Assembly (NCBI GenBank): GCA_000708835.1
Contig: DF237089.1
Location: 62,001-126,000, forward strand
Source: Klebsormidium nitens
Taxonomy: Eukaryota > Plantae > Klebsormidiophyceae
Direction of reading: 5' to 3'
DNA length: 64,000 nt
Shown: piece after piece, positions 14,492-27,547 of the stretch
How the letters are laid out: the number at the start of each line of letters is the position of its first letter
Numbering within the stretch: the first letter of the stretch is position 1
Position numbers and translations under genes: made by a program
The notes under the pieces: model-generated
The model's database searches: none
The model's input: the letters and a program-made list of their open reading frames with translations, nothing else
Told to the model about the DNA's origin: nothing

Positions 14492-15300
14492 TTACTTGTC
14501 CTGCGGAGAGCGATTGCTAGCCGAAAGGTTGCTCCCTGCTGCTGCTGTTGTGGGAGCACGTTCATTGGAGATGGAGTTCGCACACATATTGCAGATTGAT
14601 TTAGCCCCTGATTTGAAAGCGACCCACCCAAAGCTTCTAGTGGTATGGAAGCAGGCTGAGGCCCAGGGTGACCACTTTCTTCTTAGGTTGGAAAGCAACT
14701 TTGCATTTGAATTTTCTTAACTGCCATTGGTTGCACCACCTGAGTGCACCACCATTTTCTAGACAGTGTGTCACATCATCACTACTTAGTATGCTGCCCG
14801 CTGTTGCATGTGCATCAAATACTCCATGCTCATTTGCAAGCTAGTCATGTCACTTTCAGCCAACTTCAAGGTGAAGTGACCCCAAAGTGCACCAAACAGC
14901 TTTTTGAAGTTTCTGAAGTTGCTGGCATCCCCTTGCGCTGAAATGTGGTGTGACATTGATAGCACACATGCTTGACAAGAAGCTACCAAGATCCTTCCCA
15001 CACTCTTTTCATGGAATTGGTCTACAAGGCCAAAGTGGGAGGCACATTCACCTTGAACCGTCGAGTCTTCACCAGGTCAACATTCATCCACATCAAGACT
15101 GCCACTGCCAGACCTCAAATACAGGACAGGCAGACCTTTTGGCCCTCTGGTGCAGCGTGAGGGGGATTGCCAGCATTGATGTTGACTTCTCTCGCCAGCA
15201 TTGATGGACTCGAGTACCATAGTTTTCAGCTCATCCGCCGCCTTGTTTCATGCCATCTCCTGTAGGTAGACGTGCCGAGCATCATGGGCAGCCTGCAGGG
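14492..15300 (-). mobile_element. Possible decayed DNA-transposon (hAT-like) coding remnant
   Basis: Broken minus-strand frames include WSPWAS..SFGWVAFKSGAKSICNMCANSISNERA, loosely like the hAT dimerisation motif (WW..P.L..A..il....SS..ER.fS), with stops and a frameshifting 25-bp duplication. It lies next to inverted-repeat termini. Similarity is weak and judged by eye. Confidence 0.3.
15169..15206. repeat. 13-bp direct repeat GCCAGCATTGATG (period 25)
   Basis: Identical copies at 15169-15181 and 15194-15206. Confidence 0.9.
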
Positions 15301-15483
15301 CGAAGAGTGCATGCAGCATACACGAGTACCTACAACCGGGTGGCCATTCCACTCCCGAGATTCCCGAGTTCCACCTCCTCTGCAGTGTGCACCAGCCTTT
15401 TGCAGTTTGCACCGACAGCCTCGGGAGGACTATACCTAATTATTACTATCCCGCAGAGTTTCGATCCCACAGCCGGACCTCCA

Positions 15484-15827
15484 GGGAGGGCGGGTGTGGA
15501 GAATAGCGTACAGAACTTGATCTCAGGTTCCGGATCTCAGCCTCAGTCAGGACATTCCGGATCTGAGGAAACAACCGCCGGGGGTTCAGCTCTCCCCTGT
15601 TGTGTAACCCCTCTTACAATGTCTGCGAATTTCACTCGGCCGCCCGGTGAAAGTCGGAATACGATCGGAACCGTTCGATGCAAGTTCAAAGCAAACCTAA
15701 GGGCTTAGATTCTTTTTCCGGGACCGGCGGAGTCGTACGGTACATCTACAGGTGTTGCCGGTCCCGAGATCGGGAAAGGTTCCTGAGATCAGGAATTTTG
15801 GACGCTATTCTCCACACCCGCCCTCCC
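15484..15827. mobile_element. 344-bp fold-back / MITE-like element with terminal inverted repeats
   Basis: GGGAGGGCGGGTGTGGAGAATAGCGT at 15484-15509 and its exact reverse complement at 15802-15827. An inner TGATCTCAGG/CCTGAGATCA match extends the imperfect repeat to about 45-55 bp. No target-site duplication was found. Confidence 0.6.
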
Positions 15828-16774
15828 AGGTGGCCGGCCAGACAGGACCCCGGCCGGTGCCGAAGGCACCCCGCCGGCTGGTTGGCCGGCAAAGAAGGCA
15901 GGCATTTGGCCGCTGGCGCGCTCAGCCGGCCGGTAAAGCCAACTACCGACTACCGAGCAGACAGAGCCGGGGGGGTGCCGAGAGCTGGCTGGCCGGGACA
16001 AATTAAAACCCATGAGAAAGGAAGTCCTGACTCCTGAGTCCTTGCCCGGCGCCCTGCGCCCGGTTAAAATATCCATGTGGCTGAATTCAACCCACGTGCG
16101 AGGGGAAGTAATATCATTGGTTGAAAATTCGAAAACATATCCGAGATCGGACCGGCCCATTTCCTCTTTGTTCAGGGCCCAGGCTGTAGCCTGCCACTCA
16201 GTCTCAGAATTATAGTATTGATTCCCGACTCCCTGCCCCATTGTGATGCCATGAACTCACGGCTACCTACCTTCGTCTTCGACATGTGTCTTCAACTTGA
16301 TTTCTCCTGGATGCACAGCAATTTTGACCAACGGCAAATGTGACGACGAACCTTAAACGCAAATCGTGAAGCGTTGGCAAGCCCTTCTTGGTTCGAGTTC
16401 AAAAACACGTTCTGGATGCATAATACGACATGAAGTGTCCTTAGTAGGCTCGCCCTTGACTGCAAAGTGACATGCAGAATATCCTGCTCGGATCGAAGGA
16501 TAGGGCCTTCTTGGCAACCCTTGAAAGTGATCGACCCCATGTCAAGTGTGAATTCACTGGCTGTTAGCTTACAAATATTGAAAGTAACCGACATAGTAAA
16601 CGTCTCGAGTGCTGTCCATGGTCTCGTTGTGACCAGGATTGTTCATGGTGGTGGTCGGCATAGAAAGGTACACACTGAGCTCATGCAGAAGCAATTTGAC
16701 CGTTGGCCTACTGTTAGGCTCGTCCTCATGAGCTAACTTGACGCATTGTATGAGGTGCCTTGTCGGATGCCTGG

Positions 16775-19171
16775 TCAATGATGACCATCAGGGGGTCCGC
16801 CGGGCCCAATGACCTTAAGCTGCAAACAGTCAAAAGAATGTTGCTTGACATAAGAAACGCTTGAAAGGAACCTGGAACAAGATACTGCATATAAAGGAGC
16901 ATTGCAATCAAGTGAAAGAGACCTACTGCATCAAAGCATCCAAGAGCTCTTCCTTGCACACACGCTGCTTACCTGGAAGACTTGCGTGCAAACAGGACAC
17001 TCGAAGGTCTCGTCTTTCTTCAAATGGAACCACAGGACATCATGTTCATCATCTGCACATAAAGGTGGACAGTCTGTTACTTCTTCCTTCATAGCTTTGA
17101 ATGCAAGCGTGAAAGAACTGAGCGAAAGCGAGGTACAGCTCAACTTAACCAAGAAATAGCTTTAACAAGTTGAAGGTGAGAATCAAAGGACCAGTTGAAG
17201 ATCACAATCCTGTCAAGCTCATTCTCCTGACACTTTAGCCTTGAATACTGGTCAGATTGCACGTGCGAGATGACAACAACTTAAGACGTGAGTAAGTGAT
17301 TCCACAAAGTCAATTTGTCGCTGAACCGATTGCACTTAGCATCTGCTTAATTTCACGCATCCTCACAGTTTGGCCTGAAGCGATGCATCTTGTACGCCTG
17401 CAGTTTTTTAACATCTCTGGCCATTGATCCAAAGAGGCAGAATTGGCGAGCTTACCCCCCACTCCACCAGGGCAACCGACAATCCGTTCATCAAAGTGTG
17501 ACTCCACAATTGCAGGGGCTTCCTGTCCACCAAAGAAGGATCATCAGCTAACACAGTCTTGCGGCATTGGACTCAGATCTTCAAATATTTCAGACTGCAG
17601 AGCTTCAGCCATTTCTGCACGAAGCCCGCTTCAATAAATGTGCAAGACTGATTCTCTGCTGCAAGCCAAGCAAGGGCTGCAGCCAAGCAAGGGCAACTGG
17701 AAATACACAAAGTCATCGAGAGACTCTTGACCTTCTCGAAGCCATTGGGTGCAACAAAAACAAAGCTTGTCCCCTGACTGAAGTGCCTGCGTTAGCATCT
17801 CAATCCCTGATAAACCTTGCTTTGCAAGTAACTCACATTCAATGAATTGTTTTGTTCACTTTCAGCAGCCACAAGCAAAGATCGCCTTCGTATAGGAACT
17901 ATACGGCTGATCATAATGATGCTAAACAGGTCAAGAAGCAAGATGTGCAAGTTTCAAGAAGGCCATACCTTGGTACCAAAGGGTCCGGTTGGTGGAGCAG
18001 TCTCGAACCTTGACTTGCCCTGCAGATATAATTCCACTTATATCAACTTGCCATATTGCGGTCAATGCAATCAAAGGCAATCAGTTCGTTGGCTGCACTG
18101 GGTCAACAGGTTAATATTAAAATATCTTGGCCAAAGGGCACCAAGGAACAAATATAAATTTAGGATGCCCAAGATACATCAACTCATCAGAGATAGTTCC
18201 TTGGTGTTTGTCTCACCTTGCCCAATCGATTCTCACGGTCAGATCCTTATTGATGATAGATTGCACTTTTCAAGCCCATTTTTCAAGCACACGACCAAGA
18301 CTTCAAACATGAAAGCTGATTGCTTGAGAGAAGGTGTTGGCAATTCATACCTCCATCTCGGCTTCCAGCTCTTCTCTTTCCAGTCCAGTTGCGTTGCCCA
18401 GAGATTCGACTATCTTATCTGCATAGCAAGGACATAATCGTCCTTTTTGTATAATCAATCCTCCCTTTCCATTTTACAAAGGTTCGGTGTTTTGCAATCA
18501 GAAGCGTTGGCCAAAAAAGATGGAAGGAAATTGCTGGCTCAATGAAGGCATTCCAGTCTTACAAAGGCAGATAGAGAAGACAGCGAAATCACTCTGTACG
18601 TCGTGATGTGAACAATTACTATAAGTCAAAACATATTGCTCCTTTGCAAATGCAAGAGAGGTGCATATACACTGGTGACCATCTGGCCAGGCCGCGGGTT
18701 ATTTGATGGTGCCAGAATGTCAGCTGTAGACAAGCAGCAGTCTCGCCTTTTAAGTCTCATCTACGATCATAATGTAGGCTAGGGAAGAGTGCGACCATTA
18801 CCAAGGGACCATTTTGATCTCAAACCAGCAAGAAGAGCTACGATCTGTGTACTAAGAAGACTTGCGATCCGATATCACTTGGACCTCAGGGGTTGTCCAA
18901 CCGAACACTTGATCGAACCGCAAACCAGCATGCGCAGCTTGTGGAGGATTATAATGAGCTTACCATCAGCGAGCAAGGGTCCATGCCAAGCAGTAAAGCC
19001 CCTGGATGCGAATCCATACTCCGCCACTGCACATTTCAGACCAGATTCTAGCACAACACTATTTGTTGCAATCCTATGCTGCACCAGATTGGCCCCATTC
19101 GAAGCAACTACCGACACATTCTGCCGCAAAGCATTTTGAACGGCCCCGTTCTGCAAGATATTCCGGAGCAT
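16775..19171 (-). CDS. COX5B: Cytochrome c oxidase subunit 5b, mitochondrial
   Basis: Exons 19171-18964, 18723-18673 (tentative), 18418-18351, 18019-17969, 17522-17456, 17052-16973 and 16819-16775. They give an Arg/Ser-rich presequence, then ATGLEREELEAE|GKSRFE..GPFGTK|EAPAIVESHFDERIVGCPGG|DDEHDVLWFHLKKDETFECPVCTQVFQ|LKVIGPGGPPDGHH*, which includes the zinc-binding Cys residues. Confidence 0.93.
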
Positions 19172-19818
19172 CGACCTGGCGGACATTGTGCATGCACGTC
19201 CCAAATCCACGGGAGGCTACGCCAATATGATCCCACCACCGCCCACCTAATTCAAGGCTAGAGCGGCGGGTTAATTGATCAACCTCCTGTGGCCCTCCTA
19301 TCCGTCCGCACCCAACGTACAAAAAACTGAGCAACGGCGTTCCGACTTCAGGGCGCCCCAGCAGTGAGCACTATTTTCCTACTGAAAAGCTTCTCTTCTC
19401 GTGGCACAAACCAGACTCCATGAAGTAGCATTCACGAAATTAGATGCTGGGGCTCCAATCATCTCTGAGTCCTTTTGCACCGTCGGATCCGTCAGAGATC
19501 CAATGTAGATGGTTGTAAGTTGCTTCTACATGTCCCGATCACCAGACATACGTACCGCCTAAATCCATTTGGTCAGATCTGCGGTCCGGGGAGAATGCTC
19601 AGAATGTAGGTACACCGTAGACCTGAGCGTTCGAGCCAATGGCAAAAGCTGGCGAGGGCCTGGGAAAGAAAGTTTCCTCATTGGCTTTGCCATTGGGTTA
19701 CGCGCCAGTGCTCAGGAAAGATTGCTGGTAAGTAGTACCCTTCAGACCTCAGCAGCATCACATCGGAGTTCTCGTTGGTTGCTCACTCACGTAGATCCTG
19801 ACGATCCCAGGAAGGGTG

Positions 19819-22800
19819 ATGGGTTCGCGCCTCGTGCCACAACCCAAGTCCTCCGGGGAGGTGGCCGCAAGCTCGGAGAATGCTGACGAGCCCCGGGAGG
19901 TCCCTGCAACAGGAGTGTGCAGTCGTACAGAGGAAGCGGGAGAGGCTGCAGTGTCTAGTGGGGATGCAAATGGCACAAGATGCGCGGGGAGTCGACATGG
20001 AGAGTCTGTTTCGCATAGTTCAGAGTATGAAGATGCGGTGTCTGACAGTGGCACGGAGGACCAGCATGCAGGGGACGCAACAGAGGGAGAACTAGAGGAG
20101 CTCGCGGCTAGCTCCGAGGGTGGCACTTCGGACACCGAGTACAACCCCGAGGACGACATGGACGTCCAAGGTGGGGCCTCTGCCATGCATTGAAACCCTC
20201 AGTTCAGTGCCATGTTTGTGCTCTGAAAATGTTTTGATGCTGATCGCCAGCAACTGTGGATACCATGGCAGGGTTGCAGCGTAGAATGGATAATGCCGAA
20301 CCTTGTGTACTTTCCTGCATGCCTCAGCGGGCACATTTCTTCAATGCAGTGGCGGCAGACCTCATTCTGGACCACCTGGTGGGCTATGAGGAGGACGACG
20401 ATGATGATAGTTTTGAGCCGGACGACGAAGAGGGCGAGGAAATTGAGGAGGGCGAAGAGGAGGACGAAGACGAGTATGACGATGACGAGGTGCTGGAGGA
20501 TGGCCGTAATGACCACTTGGAAGATCTGAGTCCTGAGACAGCGCCGCTGGACCATGTCCTGGCGGACGAGACGCGCATGAAGACGGCGCCCTCCCCCTTT
20601 GCTGCATGGCTCTGGAACATCGCAAGGGACCAGCAGGGGGGCACTAAAAAGGTGAACGCTCGTTTAGGGTTGGTGCGGGGGTTGCACATGTTTCGTCGTG
20701 TGAACGGGCTAGGTATTCTTCGGGTTCCTGGGTGGTGGCCGGGCAATGTGTCCAGCTTCAGAAAGTCTGACAATCAAGGGAAGTGGAGCAATGACATGCA
20801 GAAACAGAGGCATTGTGGTACCTAAGCGTTATTCTTCGTCTCATAAATGGCTGGCCGGTTTCTATGAGCGATTATTTTGCGGTCTTTGAAGTGCTTAAAG
20901 ACCTCAAAAGAAGTTGCATTGTCTTGGGGTTCCTGAGTGTGGCGCTTTGGAGTATGCTTAGATGGTGTTTGTTGGCAGGCTTCTTAGCCCCAAGAAAGGC
21001 CAGTTCAGAGCAATCTGTGGACTCAACCTGTCTGACTAAGAGTTCCAAGACCCGCTCGTTTGTGCAGCAGTGGGAACATGATTTAAGGAAGTGACACTTA
21101 GCCCCTTCCCGCTCTGACTCTTTCAAGATGGTGTTCGGGGCACATTTTGACCCTGCGGAAGTTTTGCACGGGTATCAAAAAATGGTTGGAAGCTCCCCAC
21201 CCAACGGTCGTAATGTATGGGGTTTCAAGCATTCGCGGTGCCTGAACGGTGTCTCAAGGCTGAGCGTACCCTCCCTCTTGTGGCAGCTCAACACTTGGCA
21301 CATGCTGACTGGCCGGCAGCAGAATCTGACGGGGCGGGGGGCGTTCTCGGCAGCCGAGAGGTGCCAGGTGGCGCACCGCTATTTGCCAAACGGTGGCCCC
21401 GACAAGGTCGACTTCATGCGCAGCAGGGCCTACATTGGGCAATTCTCGCAGGACGGGTCAATGTTTGTGGCAGGGTTCCAGGTGAGTGATGCCGACCTAG
21501 TCTTGGTTGCTTACAAGAGTTTTGGTGGTCTTTCAGATTCCACCGCTGTAGGCTTTGATCTGCTATCTATGATTGTCTTGTGTTGGGTGGCCACAAACAG
21601 GTCTAAACGAGACAAAAGCCCGCAAGTTATACCTCCAGGGTTTGAAAGGAGCAGTGGCTTCAATGTGGTAATTTGAAAGAATCAGTGCTATCACCTGGCT
21701 TGCGCGTCGATGTATCCCACCAGAAGCGAAGCAGGCTCTTCAGCTGATCTTGGCAACTTGGGATCGCCACATCTAACATGGGGGCCATATTGTGGTGCGC
21801 AGGACCGGAGGATACGCGTGTACCAGGTGGACCGGGGCTGGGCGCTGCGCAAGGACATCAACTGCAAGGACCTGCGCTGGACTGTTACCGACACTGCCCT
21901 CTCACCCGACCAGAAGTTCCTGGTCAGCTATTCCCTCTGCACTTGACAGTCAACCTACAGTTGGACGGGCATAATATAGCACAATATTACGGACGCTTGG
22001 TATTCTTAGTTAACTAGGTTTGGTTTCACTATCTTTTTATTTCTCTTTACCAATGATATGTGGAGAGGCCCACTTGTTTGACTCAGTTGACAAGCACCTG
22101 TGTGCTCTGATGGGCTTTGCGCAGGACTGCTCGGCTGGGTCCTCGCCGTAGCGCCTGAATTTGCGACCGACTCAAGCCCCTTTTTGCCCCTTATCGGGCC
22201 GTGTTCAGGTATACTCGTCGATCACGCCCACCGTGCACTTGGTGGGCATTGGCCCTGGGGACAACGGGGTGGAGTCAATTGCAAACGTGAATGTAAGGAC
22301 GCCTTTCCCTGGTTTCAAGTGCCAGTCTCGGCTGTGAAGGTGATTGGCACGACCTGTCTTCATGTACCTAGGTTTGCTCTTTCGACCAGCATTTCTTCCA
22401 GCCGGGCCATCTGTAGCAAGGCTCGCTATGCTGGTCACGACTGGCTAGCTTGACGTATGAGCTCCTCACCGAGGGACGTCTCTCGCGCTCAATTCCGTTC
22501 TTGCTACGGGTTTTGCCTCAAGATGTCCCGCCAAAGCTGGTTCCAGGCTGTTCCTCAGCATAATTTCCGCTTCTTACATTCGAGAAGTCACCGAGCTCCT
22601 TTGTTGCTTGCAGGAGATACATGAGCCCCTCAACTTTGCTGGCACAGGGGCAAGCCGCGTATTTGGGTTGTGGTCGCTCCAGTTCTCGACCGATGGGCGA
22701 GAGATCGTTGCGGGGAGCAGCGATTCCTCCTTGTACCTCTATGATGTGGAGGCAAATAGGCCGACCCTCAAGTGCAAGGCGCATGAGGTAGGGCTTGAAG

Positions 22801-25800
22801 CATGCGAAATCGCTGAGCTACATGCGGATGTTGTGTAGTAATGCGGGGACCAACGAATCCTTATTAGAAATTACCACTGCGGTTAGGTTGGTTGTGTCGG
22901 CAGCTCGTATAACGTCGATAAAGGATTACCATCTTATGGTCCTTCCGACAACGATCGGTCGTTCATTCTTGAAGCTGGTTTGAGAAGTTTGGACTCCCAG
23001 GACAGAGGAGCACTTTTACTCAAATGACGGCTTCTACGGTGAAAATGACGATGTGCTTATCCTGCTCTTTTGGCAGGACGATGTAAACGCTGTGGCGTTT
23101 GCGGACGAAACTTCGAACGTGATCCTCTCCGGGAGTGACGACAAGCTCTGCAAGGTGCGCCTCCCCTCAACTGGATGTCAGCCTTTGTCTAGTGCACTTT
23201 GGAAAGTAACGTCTTGTTGCCAAGCAACCTCGCCACCACAAACCAAAACCGTAGACGGTCGCAAGTTACGTGACGAGCGACGGAAGAGGTTGTACTTGTC
23301 ATCTGCCATTACAAAATGGGACTTGTCGAGCTTGACGTCATACATATCTACATGTCTTTCTTGGGTCCATGGAAGCGAAATTCGCGCAGTTCGACTTTGA
23401 TTTGGTCATCCGATAAGTACTGGACGTTCTAACGACGCAGTCCCTGCTCTGCTGATCCGCTCTTCCTAGCATACTCCTTGCTTAGGTTCGACTTTGTGGT
23501 GGCTTCTCAGGGTTGTCAAAGGCGCTTAAATATCGCTTCGCTCCCACAATGACATCGTGACACTAGGTAGTCTGATCAAATCAGCGCGGTCATCTCATCA
23601 AATGCTTCACCAGTCATATTTGCATTCTTAATACACACCATCGAGGATATACCAATCTCGGACGTCTCCAAGATGCTTGTGGTAATGCACGCCAGGTGTG
23701 GGACCGGCGGGTGCTGAAGCGCGACGGCAAGAAGGGCTCCCCGGTGGGCGTTCTAGTGGGCCACGTGGAGGGGCTGACGCACATCGACAGCCGCGGCGAC
23801 GGGCGGTACCTCATCACCAACGCCAAGGACCAGTGCATCAAGCTGTGGGACATGCGCAAAATGGTGGACGCCAAGACGCACGCCGAGTGAGCGCGACACG
23901 CCTAATATTCGACTGCTCGAACTGCCCATGTGCAACTCTTATAAACCAGGGAAAGTCTGTTGCCAAGTCGGCGGAACTTCAAGTCCCTTCACTTTCTCTG
24001 GTTCCAGGAGGCATCAAGAAGTCTTTAAACCCAATTCTTGGATTGACTTCTCAGAGATCAGGTATCAGTCGGAAAGGGTAATGTGCTGGGATTGGCACTT
24101 GAAGAAAGGGTCTCCTGATACAACTGGCTGATCGGGGTGCAGCTTTTGCCGTCCTGATTGCTTCGAAGTAGACGGTGGCTGTAATCATGACGTCAGCGTG
24201 GAGTATCTAAATCCGCTTGCAGGAAGGCTGGCTGTTCGTCGTTTGAGGCCAGGACCATGCACTGCGATGCAAGAGCACAGACGATCCTCAAATCGCCTTT
24301 GATTATGAGCAAGAGTGAAGTCGTATCCCATCTTCAAGCCATAACGTCTCTGCAGACACCCCGGCTCGCTGAGACATTATGCGCAAGGTCTCGAAAGCCG
24401 TTTAATCTTGCAAGGGGGCTCCCACGCTGCATTCCAAACTTCTGTGCTGACCCCCCCTCCCTTGCCCGGGTGCAGCACCCCCCCGGCGCAGTACCGGCAG
24501 TTCCGGTGGGACTACCGGTGGATGGACTACCCGGGGAGCGGCAAGAACATCCGGCACCCCCACGACACGTCACTCATGACTTACCGCGGCCACAAGGTGC
24601 TGCAGACGCTGATCCGGGCCTACTTCTCGCCCGCGCACACGTGAGCAGCCCCGTCTCTTGTCTTGTAGATTTTCTTCCTGGTTGTGCCCCTTGTCTTTTG
24701 GTCTTGCCTATGTCCTCTCATTGAATGGGTTCGTACTTGCATCGTTGACTTCTTATTGTTCAGCTTTTCGAAACCTACAGGCTTTGACATGGTCTGGACA
24801 GTTGGGCTCAGTTAGCGCAGGGGTCACACTGTGCATTGCGCTTGTGTGCAGGACGGGGCAGCGGTACATCTACACGGGATCTTACGATGGCAGCATCTTC
24901 ATCTATGACGTCGTAAGTGCAGCTTCGAGAATCAGCACATTCCGTTTGGATCATTGCCTTATTGATCCTGAGGGCCTGAGGACTCTATATTCCGCTTGCT
25001 AGCATAAAGACGTCACATATGCACACTTGTCTTTTCCCTTCTTTCTGCCTCTTTCTGCCGCTTTTGGGCAACAATCTTGCCGAAACGGGTTTGATATGGC
25101 GAGCAAGCTTTCTTTTCTCTCGAGCATTCGGCCGGCACTCAGAACTGAATTGTGAAGGGCTACTCTGGTCCGAGATGATTTTTTAACTCCAGCTATTTGT
25201 TGTCACAACCTTCTGGAAAGACTTTTAGCCCAGAACAGATTCTTTACTTCTCAATACTCATGTCAAGGCAGCCCTAGCAGCGTCTGGCTGTTTTGCCATG
25301 CACATTGACTGCACTCTACAAGTGGGTGGTGAATCGATTGAGTGCCAGCGGTCAGATTAGCCCCTGTACCGTTTGGCACCCCCGTTTACTCGCGGCGGAT
25401 CGTTGAAGGTTACGGTGTTCGAAATAAGATCTGGGCAGCTCAGTCGCGTTTGGACACGGTTTCGCAAAGGGTTCCGGCAAAAGGAAAGAGCCACATCTTG
25501 AGCGCCCATCTATGGACTTGAACGATAGACACCATTCAGCGCCATCCCCCAAGCCTTTCAAACTCCTGCGCGCCGCCTGACCCCTCTTCCACTGCGGTGC
25601 AGCTCACGGGGCAGGTGGTGTCGAAGATGCAGTACCACGTGGCAGCCGTACGAGACTGCAGCTGGCACCCTACGCTGCCAATGATGACCAGGTACGGCCG
25701 AGCAGCTGTTACTTGCGCACTTTTTGAATTGGAAATCTGCAGATGCGATTCCTCCTTCATGCAGAGATGGAGTAGCGGACGTTCTCTTCTCTTTTCAGGG

Positions 25801-26145
25801 GTTTTGAGTCTTTCACCAGACGAGATTTGAAGAGACTCCTACGGCAACGCCCTTAGTCACGGACCAAGTTTTCGATTGCTCTTAAACATGTCTGGGTAAT
25901 AAGACCGCTATACAATAATCTAGCTGTTGGCTCAAACGTGGATTGCAATCCAAGCCAGCAAAAATAAGCGCAGAGATCACTCCTTCTCAGACCCTCTGCT
26001 TTTCGTCCCCCGCAGTTCGAGCTGGGACGGGTACATTGCGCGTTGGGAGCCCCAGACGGGGCCAGTCGGTCGGCGGGTGTCGAGTATTCACGACCATGGC
26101 TACGACATCGACACGCTTATCGAGGAAGGCGACGACTTCAACTAG
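19819..26145 (+). CDS. DCAF11: WD40 protein, DDB1-CUL4-associated factor 11 (WDR23/LEC14B homolog)
   Basis: Spliced exons give an acidic N-terminus, then MLTGRQQNLTGRGAFSAAERCQVAHRYLP..SRAYIGQFSQDGSMFVAGFQ, WTVTDTALSPDQKFL, AHEDDVNAVAFADE, VWDRR, GHVEGLTHIDSRGDGRYLITNAKDQCIKLWDMRK, WDYRW, TYRGHKVLQTLIRAYFSP, TGQRYIYTGS and VRDCSWHP. Stop TAG at 26143-26145. Confidence 0.92.
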
Positions 26146-27547
26146 TTGCACACTGCTGGGCCCAGGTATGAGACGCTATGCACACATATAGAAGGTACGT
26201 ACGTCGCGAGGATAAAGGCGCTTCCAAGTGCAGAGCTGTGGGGTGTCAATGGAGTCCTGTACATATTTGATCAAGAACGTACAGTCGCGTATGCATTGAG
26301 ATAGAAGCATGTAACATGAGCACCACTTCGAACAAGGCTCGTTAATTTCGATCGAATGAGCGAACAAGGTGGTAAGGTCCGGTCACTCCATATTATCCAA
26401 CTAAGCAAGGTCAACGATGGTTGTTGCTTGTCGTCAAGCATCTCCTGTCGAGCGGCACAACTACACACATTTCTGTATGACCTGGCCATCTCAACAATCG
26501 TGAACACCGGAAATCATAGGGGACAACATTTGGCTGCGGCTTCAGACGTGGCGGATGCTTTTCCAGGTTGTCTCGTTGCGAGACTGTTCTAGCTGCCGCC
26601 CCATCGGCACTCTGTAAGTGACGGTTGCTTCAACACGTAGATATCATAGTATTTGCGTTAGCACGTTATACCGAACTCTCCAAAGCTCTAGCGCAGGCTG
26701 CCCGCTGCTTCCATCCACATATGTGCCCATCATTGGCATCTGTGTGATCGAGGTGTTGTGGCACGCGATATATATCATCATGCTAGCTAGCTTGACTTTG
26801 CATGATTGGACTAGTCGCATGCGACCTGCGACCATTGGCTATATAATTGCTATAATTACGCGAACCATATCATTGTAATATGGTATACTGGCGATATTGT
26901 GCGTGAGACCTATTGGACGGTAGGGTCGTGAACCATAGATAAATTGTCCAGACGCATAAACAGGCCGGCTGAAGCTAGCCTGTGACTGCATATGCACTGC
27001 GCAATCGACGGTGTAATGCGTTCCAATGATGACGAAGTTAATTGTTACACAGGAGCCGCACTTACCCTGATGACTGCCGCCGCATGCTCGAACGGACTGC
27101 AGATCATGCAGGCTAACGATGAGCCGGGCGCCGATCGACAAGTCCGACCGGCACGCACCGTACTTATCAGGCCGCCAACTTTGATTTCTATGTTCGTATA
27201 ATAGTGCAGCGGAAGCTCCGTATAAGATGCGACTTTTTGCTTGTAACTCCAAATAATTCTACAGCCCCTGAAAAGCGAAAGTGCGGCTCGCTGATTCTGC
27301 GTTGGGACACCTCCAAGTCTCGATATTCGAAACGCTCGCCAAGTTCGCTTTGCCATGGTTAAAATATGGATTGGTAACTAGCGTTGTCCCAGGCTAAGAC
27401 ATAGCGTCAGCTACAGACCTTTGACAGTCAATCTCGTTTCAGCTTGTTGTAGCTACCCTTGTTACATTCGGCGCGAGAATCTCTCGCTCACATCCCCGGT
27501 GATCAGAGGTTGGAGCAACAAGCACTTGAAATAAGAATGTATCTAAC

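Noticed and set aside
26613-27466. Solo-LTR candidate (TGTAA...TTACA with CCAAT/TATA-like motifs)
   Set aside because: Flanks do not form a target-site duplication, and there is no PBS, PPT or retroelement ORF.
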